DNA from: a virus
Length of the DNA: 30,017 bases
Strand: one strand, 5' to 3'
Virus genome (UHGV): UHGV-0128346
Shown here in pieces: positions 1 to 10,696 of the stretch; positions within the stretch are counted from its first letter, which is position 1; the number at the start of each line of letters is the position of its first letter. The notes below the pieces were generated by a model. That model was not told the DNA's origin. It made no database searches and worked only from the letters and a program-made list of their open reading frames with translations. The position numbers and the translations under genes were made by a program.

Positions 1-49
1 CAGCCCCCTGTGAAAAAAGACACGGGGGCATTTCGCCCCCGCTCACGGA

Positions 50-1078
50 TTATTTCACCTGTACCACCACAAACTCATCCGGGTCCGGCAACACCATCAG
101 CGGCGCGGACTGCGTCATGGTAAATTCACGGGCGGGATCCCCTACCGTCAGCCAGTGTTTCGGATAACGGGAAGAGGCCACCACACCTTCGGACAACGCC
201 TGAGCATCCTGAATGGCACCGTAACAACGGATCCCATCTGCAGCAGTATTCCCCAGAACCAGCATGCCATCTGGAAGATAACGTTTTTCGATACCGTCTT
301 CTGCTATATAAGACGTTTTCGCCACCACAATGGCCAGATCGCCGTAATACCCCTTGAAGGACACCACTGCGCCCAGATCTTTCACTGCCGTTTCGAGTTG
401 AGAATTTGAACCGCGACGGGTATCCAGTTTTTCGCGGAACAGCTTAAAACCATTCAGAAGACGCCAGACGGTACCGTCCATAATGGCAATATTCACAAGA
501 CCGCTGGCCAGGTCGCAGTAGAGGTCAATATCATGTGTAGGATCGAACGTGTCACGATCCTGTTTTGACCACTCCTTACCACTACCCTGAGTGATGTTAT
601 TCTTCGTCGACCTGCCAAAATCGACCTCAATTTTCTCGAACTGGTCTCCTTCCATGGTGTATTTGCCATACAACACAGCATTTACCGCCTGCATTTCTTC
701 CACCTGGACAATCGCGTGCTCTTCCTGTTTGAGGTTATCGGTAATGATACGCAGACGGCGGTAAGCCGGATCATTCAGTTGAGATGGATCTTCACCAGGA
801 AGGCGCTCAACCGCCTGCTGGTAATTAAATTCGTGTTTCGGCTTGACGTAGCCCGGACGCAACACGCGGGTTTCACCACCACGATGACGCAGCACTTTTC
901 CTTCAACAACCGGGGAGACATAGGCCGCCACCGGCGTTTTTCCGGTAATTTTGTCCAGCATCACCTCTTCGGTATGGAAATTCACCGTACGGCGGAAAAA
1001 CAGCTCCAGAAACAGCGCACGAAATTTAACTTTTTGTTCGGTATAACCGAGTAACTGGCGGGTCGTAAACAATCCCAT
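50..1078 (-). CDS. E: Major capsid protein (lambda gpE-like)
   Basis: 342-aa ORF; recalled lambda gpE aligns along the whole length (shared stretches such as PGYVKPKHE, DPAYRR, EEMQAV, KLDTRRGSNS, GDPAREFTMxQSAPLM); last gene of the Nu1-A-W-B-C-D-E head module. Confidence 0.93.
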   Translation of the reverse strand: MGLFTTRQLLGYTEQKVKFRALFLELFFRRTVNFHTEEVMLDKITGKTPVAAYVSPVVEGKVLRHRGGETRVLRPGYVKPKHEFNYQQAVERLPGEDPSQLNDPAYRRLRIITDNLKQEEHAIVQVEEMQAVNAVLYGKYTMEGDQFEKIEVDFGRSTKNNITQGSGKEWSKQDRDTFDPTHDIDLYCDLASGLVNIAIMDGTVWRLLNGFKLFREKLDTRRGSNSQLETAVKDLGAVVSFKGYYGDLAIVVAKTSYIAEDGIEKRYLPDGMLVLGNTAADGIRCYGAIQDAQALSEGVVASSRYPKHWLTVGDPAREFTMTQSAPLMVLPDPDEFVVVQVK

Positions 1079-1135
1079 AAATCAGTTCCTTTCATTCAGA
1101 AATCAGTCAGGCCACCGCGGTGGCCTGATAACGTG

Positions 1136-1483
1136 TTACGGCAGCGCCGCGTGACTCAGGGCACTGCCAGCAAAGGCGTTGGCCTTTTTGTGTTCATCCA
1201 CACTTTCAGGCCAGTGGATTGCCTCCGTCGCAAAGGTTCCCGACTTGTAATACGTCAGCGCCGTCTCTGTGCCTTCAAGCGGCAGTACCAGTATGCCAAC
1301 CGCACTACCGGCTTTCTGTCCGTCCCAGACCACCAGTTTCCCGGTGGCTTCATCCAGCATCAGGGGCGTCAGTGCCGGTGTTGGCGAGGAAATCCCGCTG
1401 CTGCCTGTGGCGGTATGAGCCGGATCATTACCGGCAAAAATACGTACTTCCGCACGCTGTTCAGTGATGGTTTTCGTCACCAT
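1136..1483 (-). CDS. D: Head decoration protein (lambda gpD-like)
   Basis: 115-aa ORF with the recalled gpD motifs DPAHTAT, TPLMLD, LVxWDG, AVGIL, YKSGTF; sits between the C and E homologues. Confidence 0.9.
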   Translation of the reverse strand: MVTKTITEQRAEVRIFAGNDPAHTATGSSGISSPTPALTPLMLDEATGKLVVWDGQKAGSAVGILVLPLEGTETALTYYKSGTFATEAIHWPESVDEHKKANAFAGSALSHAALP

Positions 1484-1519
1484 ATTGTAAAAACCTCCTA
1501 TTGATGGTCAGCACTGACT

Positions 1520-3025
1520 TCATGGCATGGCCATGAGCATTTTCACGTCCGCATCACCGTCTGCTGACGTCTGTGCCACGCCACCCTGTACCGCTGCCGG
1601 TGAATGGTTCGCCATGAAATGTTCAAACATGGCGGTTGTGGATGCAGAGACCGGTTCTGCCTTACCTGATCCCGCAGCCAGCACAGCCCGGGCGCTCTCC
1701 ACTGTCATTCCCGGGCAGGCAGCCAGCTGTTCAGCCTGCGCCTCAGCCCCTTTTGCCTCATCCAGTGCCATGATCTGATCACGGAGTGATGGTCCGGCAT
1801 CCGCCTGCGGTGAAGCAGCCAGGATCGGGCGGGCTTTTTCCACCGTCATCTCCGGCATCGCCGCCAGCGTTGCCGCCAGTTGTTCACGACCGTTCGCTTC
1901 TTCACACGCCATAATGCGATCGGCTTCACTCTGCGTGGATGCCACCGGCTGCTGCGGTGCCGCCGCGGCCAGAATCGCCCGGGCCTGTTCAACGCTCATG
2001 CCCTGTTGTCCTGCCAGCATCGTGGCAAGCTGTTCACGTCCTTTCGCTTCCTGGCATGTCAGGATCCCCATCACTCGCTGGTTCTCCTGCGCGGCGGCTT
2101 CCGTTGCAGTTAATTGCGGCATAGTGCCTCCTCTGACATTACTGTTCAGCGCCGTGGCCATCACACTGATGGCATCCGACGCATTGATTAATTCATCCGC
2201 CAGCCCGGCCTCAATGCCGGACTGACCTTCAAAAACGGCAGCCTCTGTTCCCGTGACGGCATCAACAGACAGACCGGTATACATCGCCACTTTTTCGGCA
2301 AACATCCGGCGCGCCGCATCAATCCGCTGCTGCATGTCCTGGCGAACCTCTGCCGGCAACGCTTCAAACTGATTGCCATCCACCTTGTGCGCCCCTGAGT
2401 AAATCAGCGTGATATCCACACCGGCCTGCGCCAGATGACCGGCATAGCTGACATGGCTCATCATCACGCCAATGGAGCCGATACGGGATGTCTGGGTAAC
2501 CAGCCGTCGGGAGCAGGCCGACGCCAGCAGCATGGCTGCAGAACAGGCCGTGTCATTGCACAGTGCCCAGACCGGCTTCTGCTGACGGAGGCGGTAAATC
2601 ATGTCAGCGCAGTCAAACGCGCCGGCGGCCTGCCCGCCCGGACTGTCAATGTCCAGCAGTACGCCCCGCACCTGGCTATCCGCCATTGCCTGCTGAAGAC
2701 AGGCGACAATGCCGTCATAGCCTGTCATTCCGGAAAATGGCCGCATACCACCCAGCCGGTGCACCAGCGTGCCGGTCACCGGCAGTACAGCAATACCGTT
2801 CACCACCCGGTAAACACGGGCCGGTCGTTTACCTCCGGCCATGTACTCGTCCGTTTCAGCCAGCATTCCGGGAGCATCAAACTGTACCTGCTGTTGTGGT
2901 ACCGAAAGACTTGCTGCCCCCATCTCGCGCCCGAGCGCGCAAAAGAAAACCCGCGCATAGGCGGGCTCCAGAAGCAGCGGTTCATTGAATGCTGCGGCAA
3001 TAATGTGTGAAAGATTACGTCTCAC
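1520..3025 (-). CDS. C: Head maturation protease / scaffold (lambda gpC-like S49 peptidase with nested Nu3-like C-terminal scaffold region)
   Basis: 501-aa ORF in the C position between portal and D; the C-terminal third carries three tandem ~45-aa repeats (ExxGREQLAxxLAxxxxMTVExAR), consistent with a scaffold domain. Confidence 0.8.
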   Translation of the reverse strand: MRRNLSHIIAAAFNEPLLLEPAYARVFFCALGREMGAASLSVPQQQVQFDAPGMLAETDEYMAGGKRPARVYRVVNGIAVLPVTGTLVHRLGGMRPFSGMTGYDGIVACLQQAMADSQVRGVLLDIDSPGGQAAGAFDCADMIYRLRQQKPVWALCNDTACSAAMLLASACSRRLVTQTSRIGSIGVMMSHVSYAGHLAQAGVDITLIYSGAHKVDGNQFEALPAEVRQDMQQRIDAARRMFAEKVAMYTGLSVDAVTGTEAAVFEGQSGIEAGLADELINASDAISVMATALNSNVRGGTMPQLTATEAAAQENQRVMGILTCQEAKGREQLATMLAGQQGMSVEQARAILAAAAPQQPVASTQSEADRIMACEEANGREQLAATLAAMPEMTVEKARPILAASPQADAGPSLRDQIMALDEAKGAEAQAEQLAACPGMTVESARAVLAAGSGKAEPVSASTTAMFEHFMANHSPAAVQGGVAQTSADGDADVKMLMAMP

Positions 3026-4637
3026 GTGGTGTTGTCTCCTCTTCCGGCCTGCGACTCTCCGCTATCTGCTGCTGATACGCCTGCTCTATCCACACCGGAC
3101 GTGAGAGTCCGGCTTTTTGCCGCTCAGCAGATTCCCTGACCTGCTGGCGGAAAATGTCCTGATAATCCTCGCCCATCAGCGCCAGCTCTTTCTCATACGT
3201 GCTCAGTCCGGCCTCAATGCGCATCACTGATTCCTGGACTTCCTTGAGCCCGTCAATGGCCATTCTTCCGGCACCAATCCACTCTGCCCGTGACCAGGCT
3301 GATCGCGCCTGATAAAAATCAAAACGTGCCCGTGGCGGACGAATAATCCCCCGAAGAAGTGCCTCTTCCAGCCAGCAGGAAAACATCTGCGTGGCCAGCC
3401 GGGCCGCAATAAATTTTCGCCGCCCCATAAAATAGCGCCACGACTCATTGGCGGAGGCGCGGGCACTTGAGTAACTGACCTTCGAGTAATCACGGGACAA
3501 CTGTTCGTAGGAAACGCCAAGACCGGCGGCGATATACCGCAGCAGCGCCTGTTCAAGCGCAGAAAATCCATTGTCTGAATCCTGCGCAGTCTGTAGTTTC
3601 AGATCATCACCAGGGAAAAGGTGCGGAATTTTGACACCGCCCAGTGTCACGTTATTCGTGTCATACCAGCTGGAAAACTTCTCCAGAATATTAATAAGCG
3701 GATTATCCTTCTGCTCCTGTGGCGCGCCGGCGATATATTCAAAGGCCTTTTCGGTATCAAGTTCACTTTCAATCGTCGCTGCATACATCGCCTTCACTAT
3801 GGCCGACTGAAGCTGTGTTGCCTGCAGGGAATCGAGCATCTTCAGCCGTTCCATGACGCTGTAAAACTGATTAGCCCCACGGGTCTGCCCGTCCTCCACC
3901 GGCTCGAAAATATGCAGCATGGCCGGACGCCCGGTGGGAAGTTCACGCGGGATCCGTTCCCATCGTCCACTACCAGAGAACGGAAAATCATCCTCACAGA
4001 TATGGTACGCGACGGCACGGCCATATCGATCGACCTCCACACCGGCCCGCAGAAAACGGTTCCCCATACCGTGTCCAGGCGTGTCCACCCGTTTCGGACT
4101 CACGGCTTTAAAACGCGTACGGAATAACTGCGTGGTTTCCGTATCCCAGACCGGCTGCACAAAGATTTCGCCGTTAAACGCATGAACGCCCACACCTTCA
4201 CGGATAAATTCCGTGAACGTGCGTTTTCCTTCCACGTCGATCTCGCCAAACATCCCTTCGGCGTATTCCGACCAGGCCGCCTCCACCTCATCGACAAAGC
4301 TTTTTGCTGCGGTCTCCCGCATCCCCAGCCAGCGCCAGTTCGGACGGTAGCTGATCAGAAACATATGCCCGACAATGTGATCCTTATGCAGAGCCACCGC
4401 ATTAGCCGCTATTCCGTTATTGCGCACCAGATCATCTGCCCGGGCATTCCCCAGACGCAACGCGGGCAGCAGGGCCGCATCGGCACTCTGCGCCGGTGGC
4501 AACCACTCAGCCATTTGCCCGCCAAATCCTGCACCGCCCCCGTTGTAGCTGAGACTCTCACGAAGCGGAACGCCGTTCACATCAATCAGGACAGGCGTTC
4601 GTTTCATAACCTCACTCCCAGCGGACGACGGCGACAC
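3015..4637 (-). CDS. B: Portal protein (lambda gpB-like)
   Basis: 540-aa ORF, about the size of lambda B, between W and C in conserved order. Confidence 0.88.
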   Translation of the reverse strand: MSPSSAGSEVMKRTPVLIDVNGVPLRESLSYNGGGAGFGGQMAEWLPPAQSADAALLPALRLGNARADDLVRNNGIAANAVALHKDHIVGHMFLISYRPNWRWLGMRETAAKSFVDEVEAAWSEYAEGMFGEIDVEGKRTFTEFIREGVGVHAFNGEIFVQPVWDTETTQLFRTRFKAVSPKRVDTPGHGMGNRFLRAGVEVDRYGRAVAYHICEDDFPFSGSGRWERIPRELPTGRPAMLHIFEPVEDGQTRGANQFYSVMERLKMLDSLQATQLQSAIVKAMYAATIESELDTEKAFEYIAGAPQEQKDNPLINILEKFSSWYDTNNVTLGGVKIPHLFPGDDLKLQTAQDSDNGFSALEQALLRYIAAGLGVSYEQLSRDYSKVSYSSARASANESWRYFMGRRKFIAARLATQMFSCWLEEALLRGIIRPPRARFDFYQARSAWSRAEWIGAGRMAIDGLKEVQESVMRIEAGLSTYEKELALMGEDYQDIFRQQVRESAERQKAGLSRPVWIEQAYQQQIAESRRPEEETTPRET

Positions 4638-4810
4638 CGGGTTGTCCCCAGTACCGACTCCGCATCATTGATCGCCCGGTTAAGCTCATCCAGAGAAGCC
4701 GCCGTATATTCAATTCTGCGACCATCTTTCTGGACAGACACCACCCGTTTACCGGTTAATAAATCAAGGCGCGCCTGACGCAGCGCCTGCAGTTCAGCGA
4801 CTGTAACCAT
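4604..4810 (-). CDS. W: Head completion / head-tail joining protein gpW
   Basis: 68-aa ORF, same length as lambda W, with recalled motifs LTGKRVxxVQKDGRR and RRRP; overlaps the ends of A and B as in lambda. Confidence 0.85.
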   Translation of the reverse strand: MVTVAELQALRQARLDLLTGKRVVSVQKDGRRIEYTAASLDELNRAINDAESVLGTTRCRRRPLGVRL

Positions 4811-6764
4811 TCACTCCTCCGGACAGCTTCGCTGCCAGTTCTTTAAGGGTTGGCCGGGTCGTCTCTTCTTCCCGGGATTTTGCCAGTACAGCCAGATCAA
4901 GCTGCCAGCGTTGCACGGACACACGTAATGCCGCGTAGGCATACACCAGGCAGTCCAGCGCTTCGTTACGCCGCTTTTTGTTATCCCACAGCAGACGCAT
5001 CTTTCCTTTTTCCCACTTCTCCACAAGCTCTTCCGCGACCAGTTGCTGCGCCTCTGTCTGCGAAAAAATCTCCGGATCATCAGGAAAACGGATAGCATAC
5101 GACGTGGCTTCATCCACAGGCGTGGGATCGGCTTTCATACGGGCATAGAGAATTTCTTTTGCGGTGTCCGTCCCCACTTCACACAGATACACGCCCCGCT
5201 GATTGCGGGTTTTTGGCATGGTGATCACCGGCTTGCCATAGACAGATGCGCCTTTTACCGGCAGCACCCGGAAAACACCGTGTTTTTTTGACCTCTGATA
5301 AACGATTTCGCCATCGATCCCCCCGATGTCCCAGCAGACACGGGAAATGGTCATTTCGGTTCCGTCTGCATGGCGGTATTTTTTGTTGATCGCCGCATCC
5401 ACACGTAACAGCGTCTCTTCCTCATCGGGACGCCCCATAATGATGATTTTATCCACCAGAAAGGCTTCCTCTCCCGGAGCCCATCCCCAGACATACATCT
5501 CAAAACGGTTTCGCTGCGAGTCAATGCCCGCCGTCAGATAAACCACCCGGGCAGGCACCGCCGCCGTGTAACGCACAACCTTATCCATCAGCACCTGGTG
5601 ATCGAGTTTTTCGCCCACAGCCTCTTCCCAGGTCTCGCCCAGCGTGGTGTTCACAAAGGTTTTCAGGCCGTTGGGATCTTTCAGTGCATCCAGCCAGTCA
5701 TAGACAATCTGTACCCAGGTGGTGAACGGACTGTACGCCGTCCAGATATGGAAAGTGATGGAGCGCGGCGGCGGAATTTCATCACCCCGGGCGCTGAAAA
5801 ACATCAGGCCGTCACGGGTCCACATGCCCGTGTTTTCACAGATCCACCGCCCGTTACTCTGGTCAAGCTCAGACTGATGGATCACACAGCCATGATGCTC
5901 ACAAAGGTAGAAAACACTTTCTGGCTTATTCTTCTCCCACTTAAGACCGAAAGGCGAGGCATCATCGCCAAATTTCAGATACTGCTCCTCCCCACAGTGC
6001 GGACAGGGCACATAAAAACGCATGAAGTGTGCCGACTCGTTAGCGGCTTTTTCGATCTGGCAGGAGCCTTTGATTTTAGGCGTCGAGCCGCGAATGGATT
6101 TTGGCCATACAGAGCCCTCAATACGTTTATCCCCCAGCAGGGTTGGCGAACCCTCTTTTTCAACATCCGGTTCGAACGAGGAAAGCTCGTCATAACAGAC
6201 CACATCCACGGATTTTTCACGGTAGTTTTTTGCTGCCGCACCACCCAGACACCAGAACCCCACACCGGAGGAAAAACGCTTCAGGGTGAGCGTATTATCG
6301 CGGTGTTTTCTTCCGAACCATGGAGCCAGCTCCAGCAATGCAGGAACATCCCTTATCGTTGGCTCAACATGAGATTTCATAAAATCTTCAGCAGCTGAGT
6401 CCGTGGGCTGAAAAAGAAGGCTGTTGCGTGATTTATGCTCAATAAAATAAGCCTCCACTCCCAGCAACATCTTTGTATAACCAACACGGGCAGATTTAAT
6501 CAGGTTAACCGTGCGAATCAGATCGTTGCCCATACAGTTCATGATGCCAACCTGAAACGGCAGTGTTTCCCATCGCCCCGGGGTATAAGACGACTCTTTA
6601 GGAAGGTAATAATGTTTATTGGCCCACTGAACTGTCGTCAGTGGAACAGGAATAATGAGAGATAAAAGCCCTGTAGCTATCGCACCGGCTGCATTAGCTG
6701 CCTTCTGCGCGTCTGAAATCATCGATCCACCCGCCCACGTTTTCACCGGCCTTAGCTGCAACAT
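4794..6764 (-). CDS. A: Terminase large subunit (lambda gpA-like)
   Basis: 656-aa ORF immediately after Nu1, size and position of lambda A; overlaps the Nu1 3' end as in lambda. Confidence 0.93.
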
Positions 6765-7242
6765 TGGAGGCTTTCGCGATTTCAGTTTTCACCACATCAA
6801 GGTGTGATGGTGAAATGTCCGGATATTTACGCTGTAATGTCAACGGCACACGCACAAGTATCCCCGAAATCTCCTGTGCCACACGTTGCAGAATGAAGGT
6901 AAACAGTTCAGTTTCCAGCACTACTCCGTCTTCACGGGCATTTTTCAGTTCCTGCGCATCTGCCTGCGCTTTTGTGAGCCGGTAGCGTTCATAGTCAATG
7001 GTGCCGGGTTGTAAATCTGACTCCGCTGCCGCACGCAAATCGTCCAGTTCTTTGCGGAGCTTTTCGTTTTCGATATCAGTTTCCCTCTGCGCATACCACT
7101 GAATTGCCATGGCAGTATCAAATACAGATTCAATGCCCTTACTACCTTTGGAGGCGCAAGGGAGTCCCTGAGACTGCCAGCGTTCAATCGTCCGCGGGTC
7201 CACGTTGAAAATTTCGGCAAGCCTCTTTTTATTAACCTTCAT
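6694..7242 (-). CDS. nu1: Terminase small subunit (lambda Nu1-like)
   Basis: 182-aa ORF; N-terminus [12 protein letters not shown]...[15 protein letters not shown]...[28 protein letters not shown] closely matches recalled lambda Nu1; first gene after cos. Confidence 0.9.
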
Positions 7243-7404
7243 GAAAACAACCCATTATCAAATACAAGGCCCGACATGAAAACGCCAGAAAAAGGCATTT
7301 TCGGACACTTTCATGTCGGACCTTTACGGATGCAATATTAAAAAAAACAAAAAGTTATATTCGAGAAGTACCGACACGATTTTCCCTGAAAAATTTTCAT
7401 AAAT

Positions 7405-7440
7405 AGTGAAAAACCGCGAGGTCGCCGCCCCGTAGCCTGT
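7405..7440 (-). other. cos site (cosN); cohesive-end core GGGCGGCGACCT on the minus strand at ~7419-7430, cosB expected between here and Nu1
   Basis: Minus strand reads ACGGGGCGGCGACCTCGCGGTTTTTCACTATTTATGAAAATTTTTC, nearly identical to the lambda cos sequence as I recall it; lies directly upstream of Nu1. Confidence 0.75.
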
Positions 7441-7579
7441 TGGATCGCCGGAAAGGACCCGAAAAACGAGAATAATTATCACTTACAGCAAGAATCGAAT
7501 CTGATCTATTATGGTGCTTGCTATTATGTGCCGGCACAAGTGCGTCGTTTACCGTCATTTCACACAGAGGCATCATCAA

Positions 7580-7831
7580 ATGAAAATCAGAAATATTCTC
7601 GCTATCTCCCTTGCAACATCATCCTTCAGTTGCCTGGCATTTAAATCCTCGCCCAATGTGCTACCAGGACCAACGAATCAACTAACTGCGGTAGAAAGTA
7701 AAATTATCGGACATTTTTATGCCCCACACAGTGCATTACCCGGAACAACCATCACAGGGACATGTGACGCCTCCCCCGTCCCGGGATGCACCTGTCCGTT
7801 TTGTACTATGCTGCGTAGCCAAAACCGATAA
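7580..7831 (+). CDS. Hypothetical small secreted cysteine-rich protein (83 aa)
   Basis: In-frame ATG with GAGG ribosome-binding site; N-terminus MKIRNILAISLATSSFSCLAFKS looks like a Sec signal peptide; mature part has C-x-C-P-F-C; oriented opposite to the structural genes, next to cos. Confidence 0.4.
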   Translation: MKIRNILAISLATSSFSCLAFKSSPNVLPGPTNQLTAVESKIIGHFYAPHSALPGTTITGTCDASPVPGCTCPFCTMLRSQNR

Positions 7832-7892
7832 CATCCGCATTTACCTGGTATTCCATGATGAGTTCACGCAGCGACTGATAGAGGAAGGAAAG

Positions 7893-8072
7893 ATGGTTAG
7901 CAAAAGCAAGGCGCATTGCCGCCGCATGCTGCAGGCATTGCAACAGACGAGAGCAGGTATTTTTGACCAGTTGGAAAACTGCCAGCATACTTTGCCCGAG
8001 TATATCGCCATCTCATCGGAAACCAGTGCAACTCTTATTCATCGGGTTCCACTAGAGAAAAAGAAGAAATGA
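7893..8072 (+). CDS. Hypothetical small protein (59 aa)
   Basis: Internal ATG of ORF 7719-8072 preceded by a strong GAGGAAGGAAAG ribosome-binding site; the upstream part of that ORF overlaps the previous gene in another frame. Confidence 0.3.
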   Translation: MVSKSKAHCRRMLQALQQTRAGIFDQLENCQHTLPEYIAISSETSATLIHRVPLEKKKK

Positions 8073-8194
8073 ACAGTGAGGCGTTGTGTGGCATACAACG
8101 CCTTCTTCCATCATTCCTCGTCAGCCATGACAAAAATATAACCGCTGGCTCTTTCATTTTTCTCCTGCTTCCAGCCCCTCTCTACCTGGAAGCA

Positions 8195-8521
8195 TCAGGG
8201 ACGTGACGGCGTAAAGATAAATTGTCTCTTCACTCCCTGACAGGGACGATTCTTTTCAAATCGCCATTTCGCCATGGCCTTCACCACTTCATCACGAAAC
8301 AAATTATGAGGCTCTGAGCGGAGAAAAACGATCCGTGTCACAGTCCCATCAGCACCAATATCGAACTTAACCTCAACCAGCCCCTTGATATAATTTGCTG
8401 CAGCATATTCCGGATATCGTGGATACACCGTCACTAATTGCCGGGGCTCATCAGCTTTTTGCTGCGAGCATCCCACTGCTAGGACAGATAACAGAAAAAG
8501 TAGTAAAAGGCGTCTTTTCAT
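8195..8521 (-). CDS. Putative lipoprotein with TonB C-terminal-like domain
   Basis: MKRRLLLLFLLSVLAVGC is a lipobox signal; C-terminal part (VEVKFDIGADGTVTRIVFLRS...AMAKWRF) resembles the TonB C-terminal fold; AGGA ribosome-binding site. Confidence 0.5.
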   Translation of the reverse strand: MKRRLLLLFLLSVLAVGCSQQKADEPRQLVTVYPRYPEYAAANYIKGLVEVKFDIGADGTVTRIVFLRSEPHNLFRDEVVKAMAKWRFEKNRPCQGVKRQFIFTPSRP

Positions 8522-9001
8522 TTTTATTCCTACGGGTCTTATTCTGACAATATATCCTGTGTTCCAGACTGCCACATCACCACATCCTGTGCCATTATCT
8601 GACTCACATTACATACATCGCATCGGGATACAGTAGTAGCACTTTCTGTAATACAGCTTCCGGTTTCTTCCACCATCGCACCGGGATAAATCCGCGAATC
8701 ATTAACGCGGTAAAAACCCGGTGTGCATCGTTTTTAATTATTCCCGCACACTCACGCAGAAGGAATTCCCCGTCGGGCTACGGTCATGGTTAATGCGGGA
8801 ATACGGCGACGATACAGCGCAGCTAAAAGGGTAATGGACGGATAGACCGGTTTATTTCATTCTACAGGATTCTGAGTGTCCCCAACTCCCTCCAATCGTC
8901 TGAGCTCACCTGTGTAGTTTTAATTTTCATCAATCCATTTAACTATCGTTTAATTGTTGTCACATAGGATTCTGCCGTTTTTAACAATGCAGGATAATAA
9001 G

Positions 9002-9295
9002 ATGAAAAAAATGTTGTTTTCTGCCGCTCTGGCAATGCTTATTACAGGATGTGCTCAACAGACGTTTACTGTTGGAAACAAACCGACAGCAGTAACACCA
9101 AAGGAAACCATCACCCATCATTTCTTCGTTTCGGGAATTGGGCAGAAGAAAACTGTCGATGCAGCAAAAATTTGTGGTGGTGCAGAAAATGTGGTTAAAA
9201 CAGAAACCCAGCAAACATTCGTAAATGGATTGCTCGGTTTCATCACTTTTGGCATTTATACTCCGCTGGAAGCGCGGGTGTATTGCTCAAAATAA
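9002..9295 (+). CDS. bor: Bor-like serum-resistance lipoprotein
   Basis: MKKMLFSAALAMLITGCAQQTFTV...ICGGAENVVKTETQQTFVNGLLGFIT matches recalled lambda Bor almost residue for residue; opposite strand to the lysis genes, as in lambda. Confidence 0.9.
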   Translation: MKKMLFSAALAMLITGCAQQTFTVGNKPTAVTPKETITHHFFVSGIGQKKTVDAAKICGGAENVVKTETQQTFVNGLLGFITFGIYTPLEARVYCSK

Positions 9296-9326
9296 TTGCA
9301 TGAGTTGCCCATCGATATGAGCAACT

Positions 9327-9803
9327 CTATCTGCACTGCTCATTAATATACTTCTGGGTTCCTTCCAGTTGTTTTTGCATAGTGATCAGCCTCTCTCTGA
9401 GGGTGAAATAATCCCGTTCAGCGGTGTCTGCCAGTCGGGGGGAGGCTGCATTATCCACGCCGGAGGCGGTGGTGGCTTCACGCACTGACTGACAGACTGC
9501 TTTGATGTGCAACCGACGACGACCAGCGGCAACATCATCACGCAGAGCATCATTTTCAGCTTTCGCATCAGCTAACTCCTTCGTGTATTTTGCATCGAGC
9601 GCAGCAACATCACGCTGACGCATCTGCATGTCAGTAATTGCCGCGTTCGCCAGCTTCAGTTCTCTGGCATTTTTGTCGCGCAGGGCTTTGTAGGCGATTG
9701 CGTTATCACGGTAATGATTAACAGCCCATGACAGGCAGACGATGATGCAGATAACCAGAGCATAAATAATCGCGGCGACTCTGCTCACTGATCTATCCCC
9801 CAA
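9327..9803 (-). CDS. Rz: Rz i-spanin
   Basis: Near-identical to recalled lambda Rz ([20 protein letters not shown]...KYINEQCR). Confidence 0.95.
   Translation of the reverse strand: MGDRSVSRVAAIIYALVICIIVCLSWAVNHYRDNAIAYKALRDKNARELKLANAAITDMQMRQRDVAALDAKYTKELADAKAENDALRDDVAAGRRRLHIKAVCQSVREATTASGVDNAASPRLADTAERDYFTLRERLITMQKQLEGTQKYINEQCR
9386..9568 (-). CDS. Rz1: Rz1 o-spanin (nested in Rz, +1 frame)
   Basis: 60-aa nested ORF with lipobox LPLVVVGC and the proline-rich tract [15 protein letters not shown], as in lambda Rz1. Confidence 0.9.
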   Translation of the reverse strand: MRKLKMMLCVMMLPLVVVGCTSKQSVSQCVKPPPPPAWIMQPPPDWQTPLNGIISPSERG

Positions 9804-10318
9804 CAGGCTAATGCGCTTTCCTGGTCACGACGAATAACCTGTCCATAGCAGTTATTTGAACGTATGCGGCAATCGCGCCCACCATCTTTTATCCACCAGC
9901 GAATCGCCTCGCATGCACCTTTACGATCACCGGCATTCAGCCGCTTATAAAACGTCGACGGGAAACACTTACCGGGGCCAATGTTATAGGGACAAAATGA
10001 CGCGATACCCGCTTTCTGTGGTTCGGTCAGTGGCACTTTAATATTGCGCTCCACCCATGCCAGCGCCTTATCCCGTTCAATGGCGTTAACCTGGTCGCAT
10101 TTTTCCTTCGACAGTTTCATACCGGGAACAACGGGTTTTCCATCCACCACCGTGGCACCCCGACAGATGGTCCAGATGCCGGAACCATCGCGGTATGCCG
10201 TTGTGTGGTTACCTTCTTTTTCATCCAGAAACTGGTCGAGAATATCAGGCGCAGGCGCACCGACGGCAATCAGTGCCAGAACGGCAGCCGACAGGCCGTA
10301 TCTGATTTTTGCGTTCAT
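9785..10318 (-). CDS. R: SAR endolysin (phage 21 R-type lysozyme, GH24)
   Basis: 177 aa; N-terminal signal-anchor-release segment ([16 protein letters not shown]) then E-x8-D-x5-T catalytic spacing ([16 protein letters not shown]); paired with a pinholin upstream. Confidence 0.9.
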   Translation of the reverse strand: MNAKIRYGLSAAVLALIAVGAPAPDILDQFLDEKEGNHTTAYRDGSGIWTICRGATVVDGKPVVPGMKLSKEKCDQVNAIERDKALAWVERNIKVPLTEPQKAGIASFCPYNIGPGKCFPSTFYKRLNAGDRKGACEAIRWWIKDGGRDCRIRSNNCYGQVIRRDQESALACWGIDQ

Positions 10319-10423
10319 GGATATTTATCAGGATTTATCGGTTTCTGAACCCTGGATATGTTTATCTGTCCCGGCCTGTTGAATCAGGCAAGGAATAGTT
10401 AAATACAATAGAGAGGATTGTTT

Positions 10424-10696
10424 ATGGACAATAGCACCATTTCTCTACAGGAGTTGCTCGACTGCATTTCCAGGCTTCGGGATGATGTAAATGCCCTTAC
10501 TGTCGCATTTTCATATCTGGCATTCTCAATTCCCAAGGAACAAATGCAACCAACACTGGCATCGCTCCAGCTTGAATCAATCAATCCCAAATGGTCCCAG
10601 CAACAACAAAATTCTTTCAAGTGGCTGGCGGTATTACTGGAGGAAAAATATGCTGGTGAAATTACCATTTCGGCGGAGTCTTCAGTGAACCAGTAA
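10424..10696 (+). CDS. Hypothetical protein (90 aa), reverse-oriented insert inside the lysis cassette
   Basis: ATG with strong AGAGAGGA ribosome-binding site; lower GC than its flanks; possible TTGAAT/TACAAT promoter upstream; converges on and overlaps the 3' end of the minus-strand 114-aa gene by ~35 nt. Confidence 0.4.
   Translation: MDNSTISLQELLDCISRLRDDVNALTVAFSYLAFSIPKEQMQPTLASLQLESINPKWSQQQQNSFKWLAVLLEEKYAGEITISAESSVNQ

Noticed and set aside
50-7242. Numerous antisense or out-of-frame ORFs inside the head and terminase genes (e.g. 155-409, 716-1054, 1133-1504, 2435-3010, 3621-4127, 4182-4778, 5598-6398)
   Set aside because: They overlap strongly supported lambda-like structural genes on the opposite strand or in another frame and have Arg/His/Cys-rich composition typical of chance ORFs in GC-rich coding DNA.
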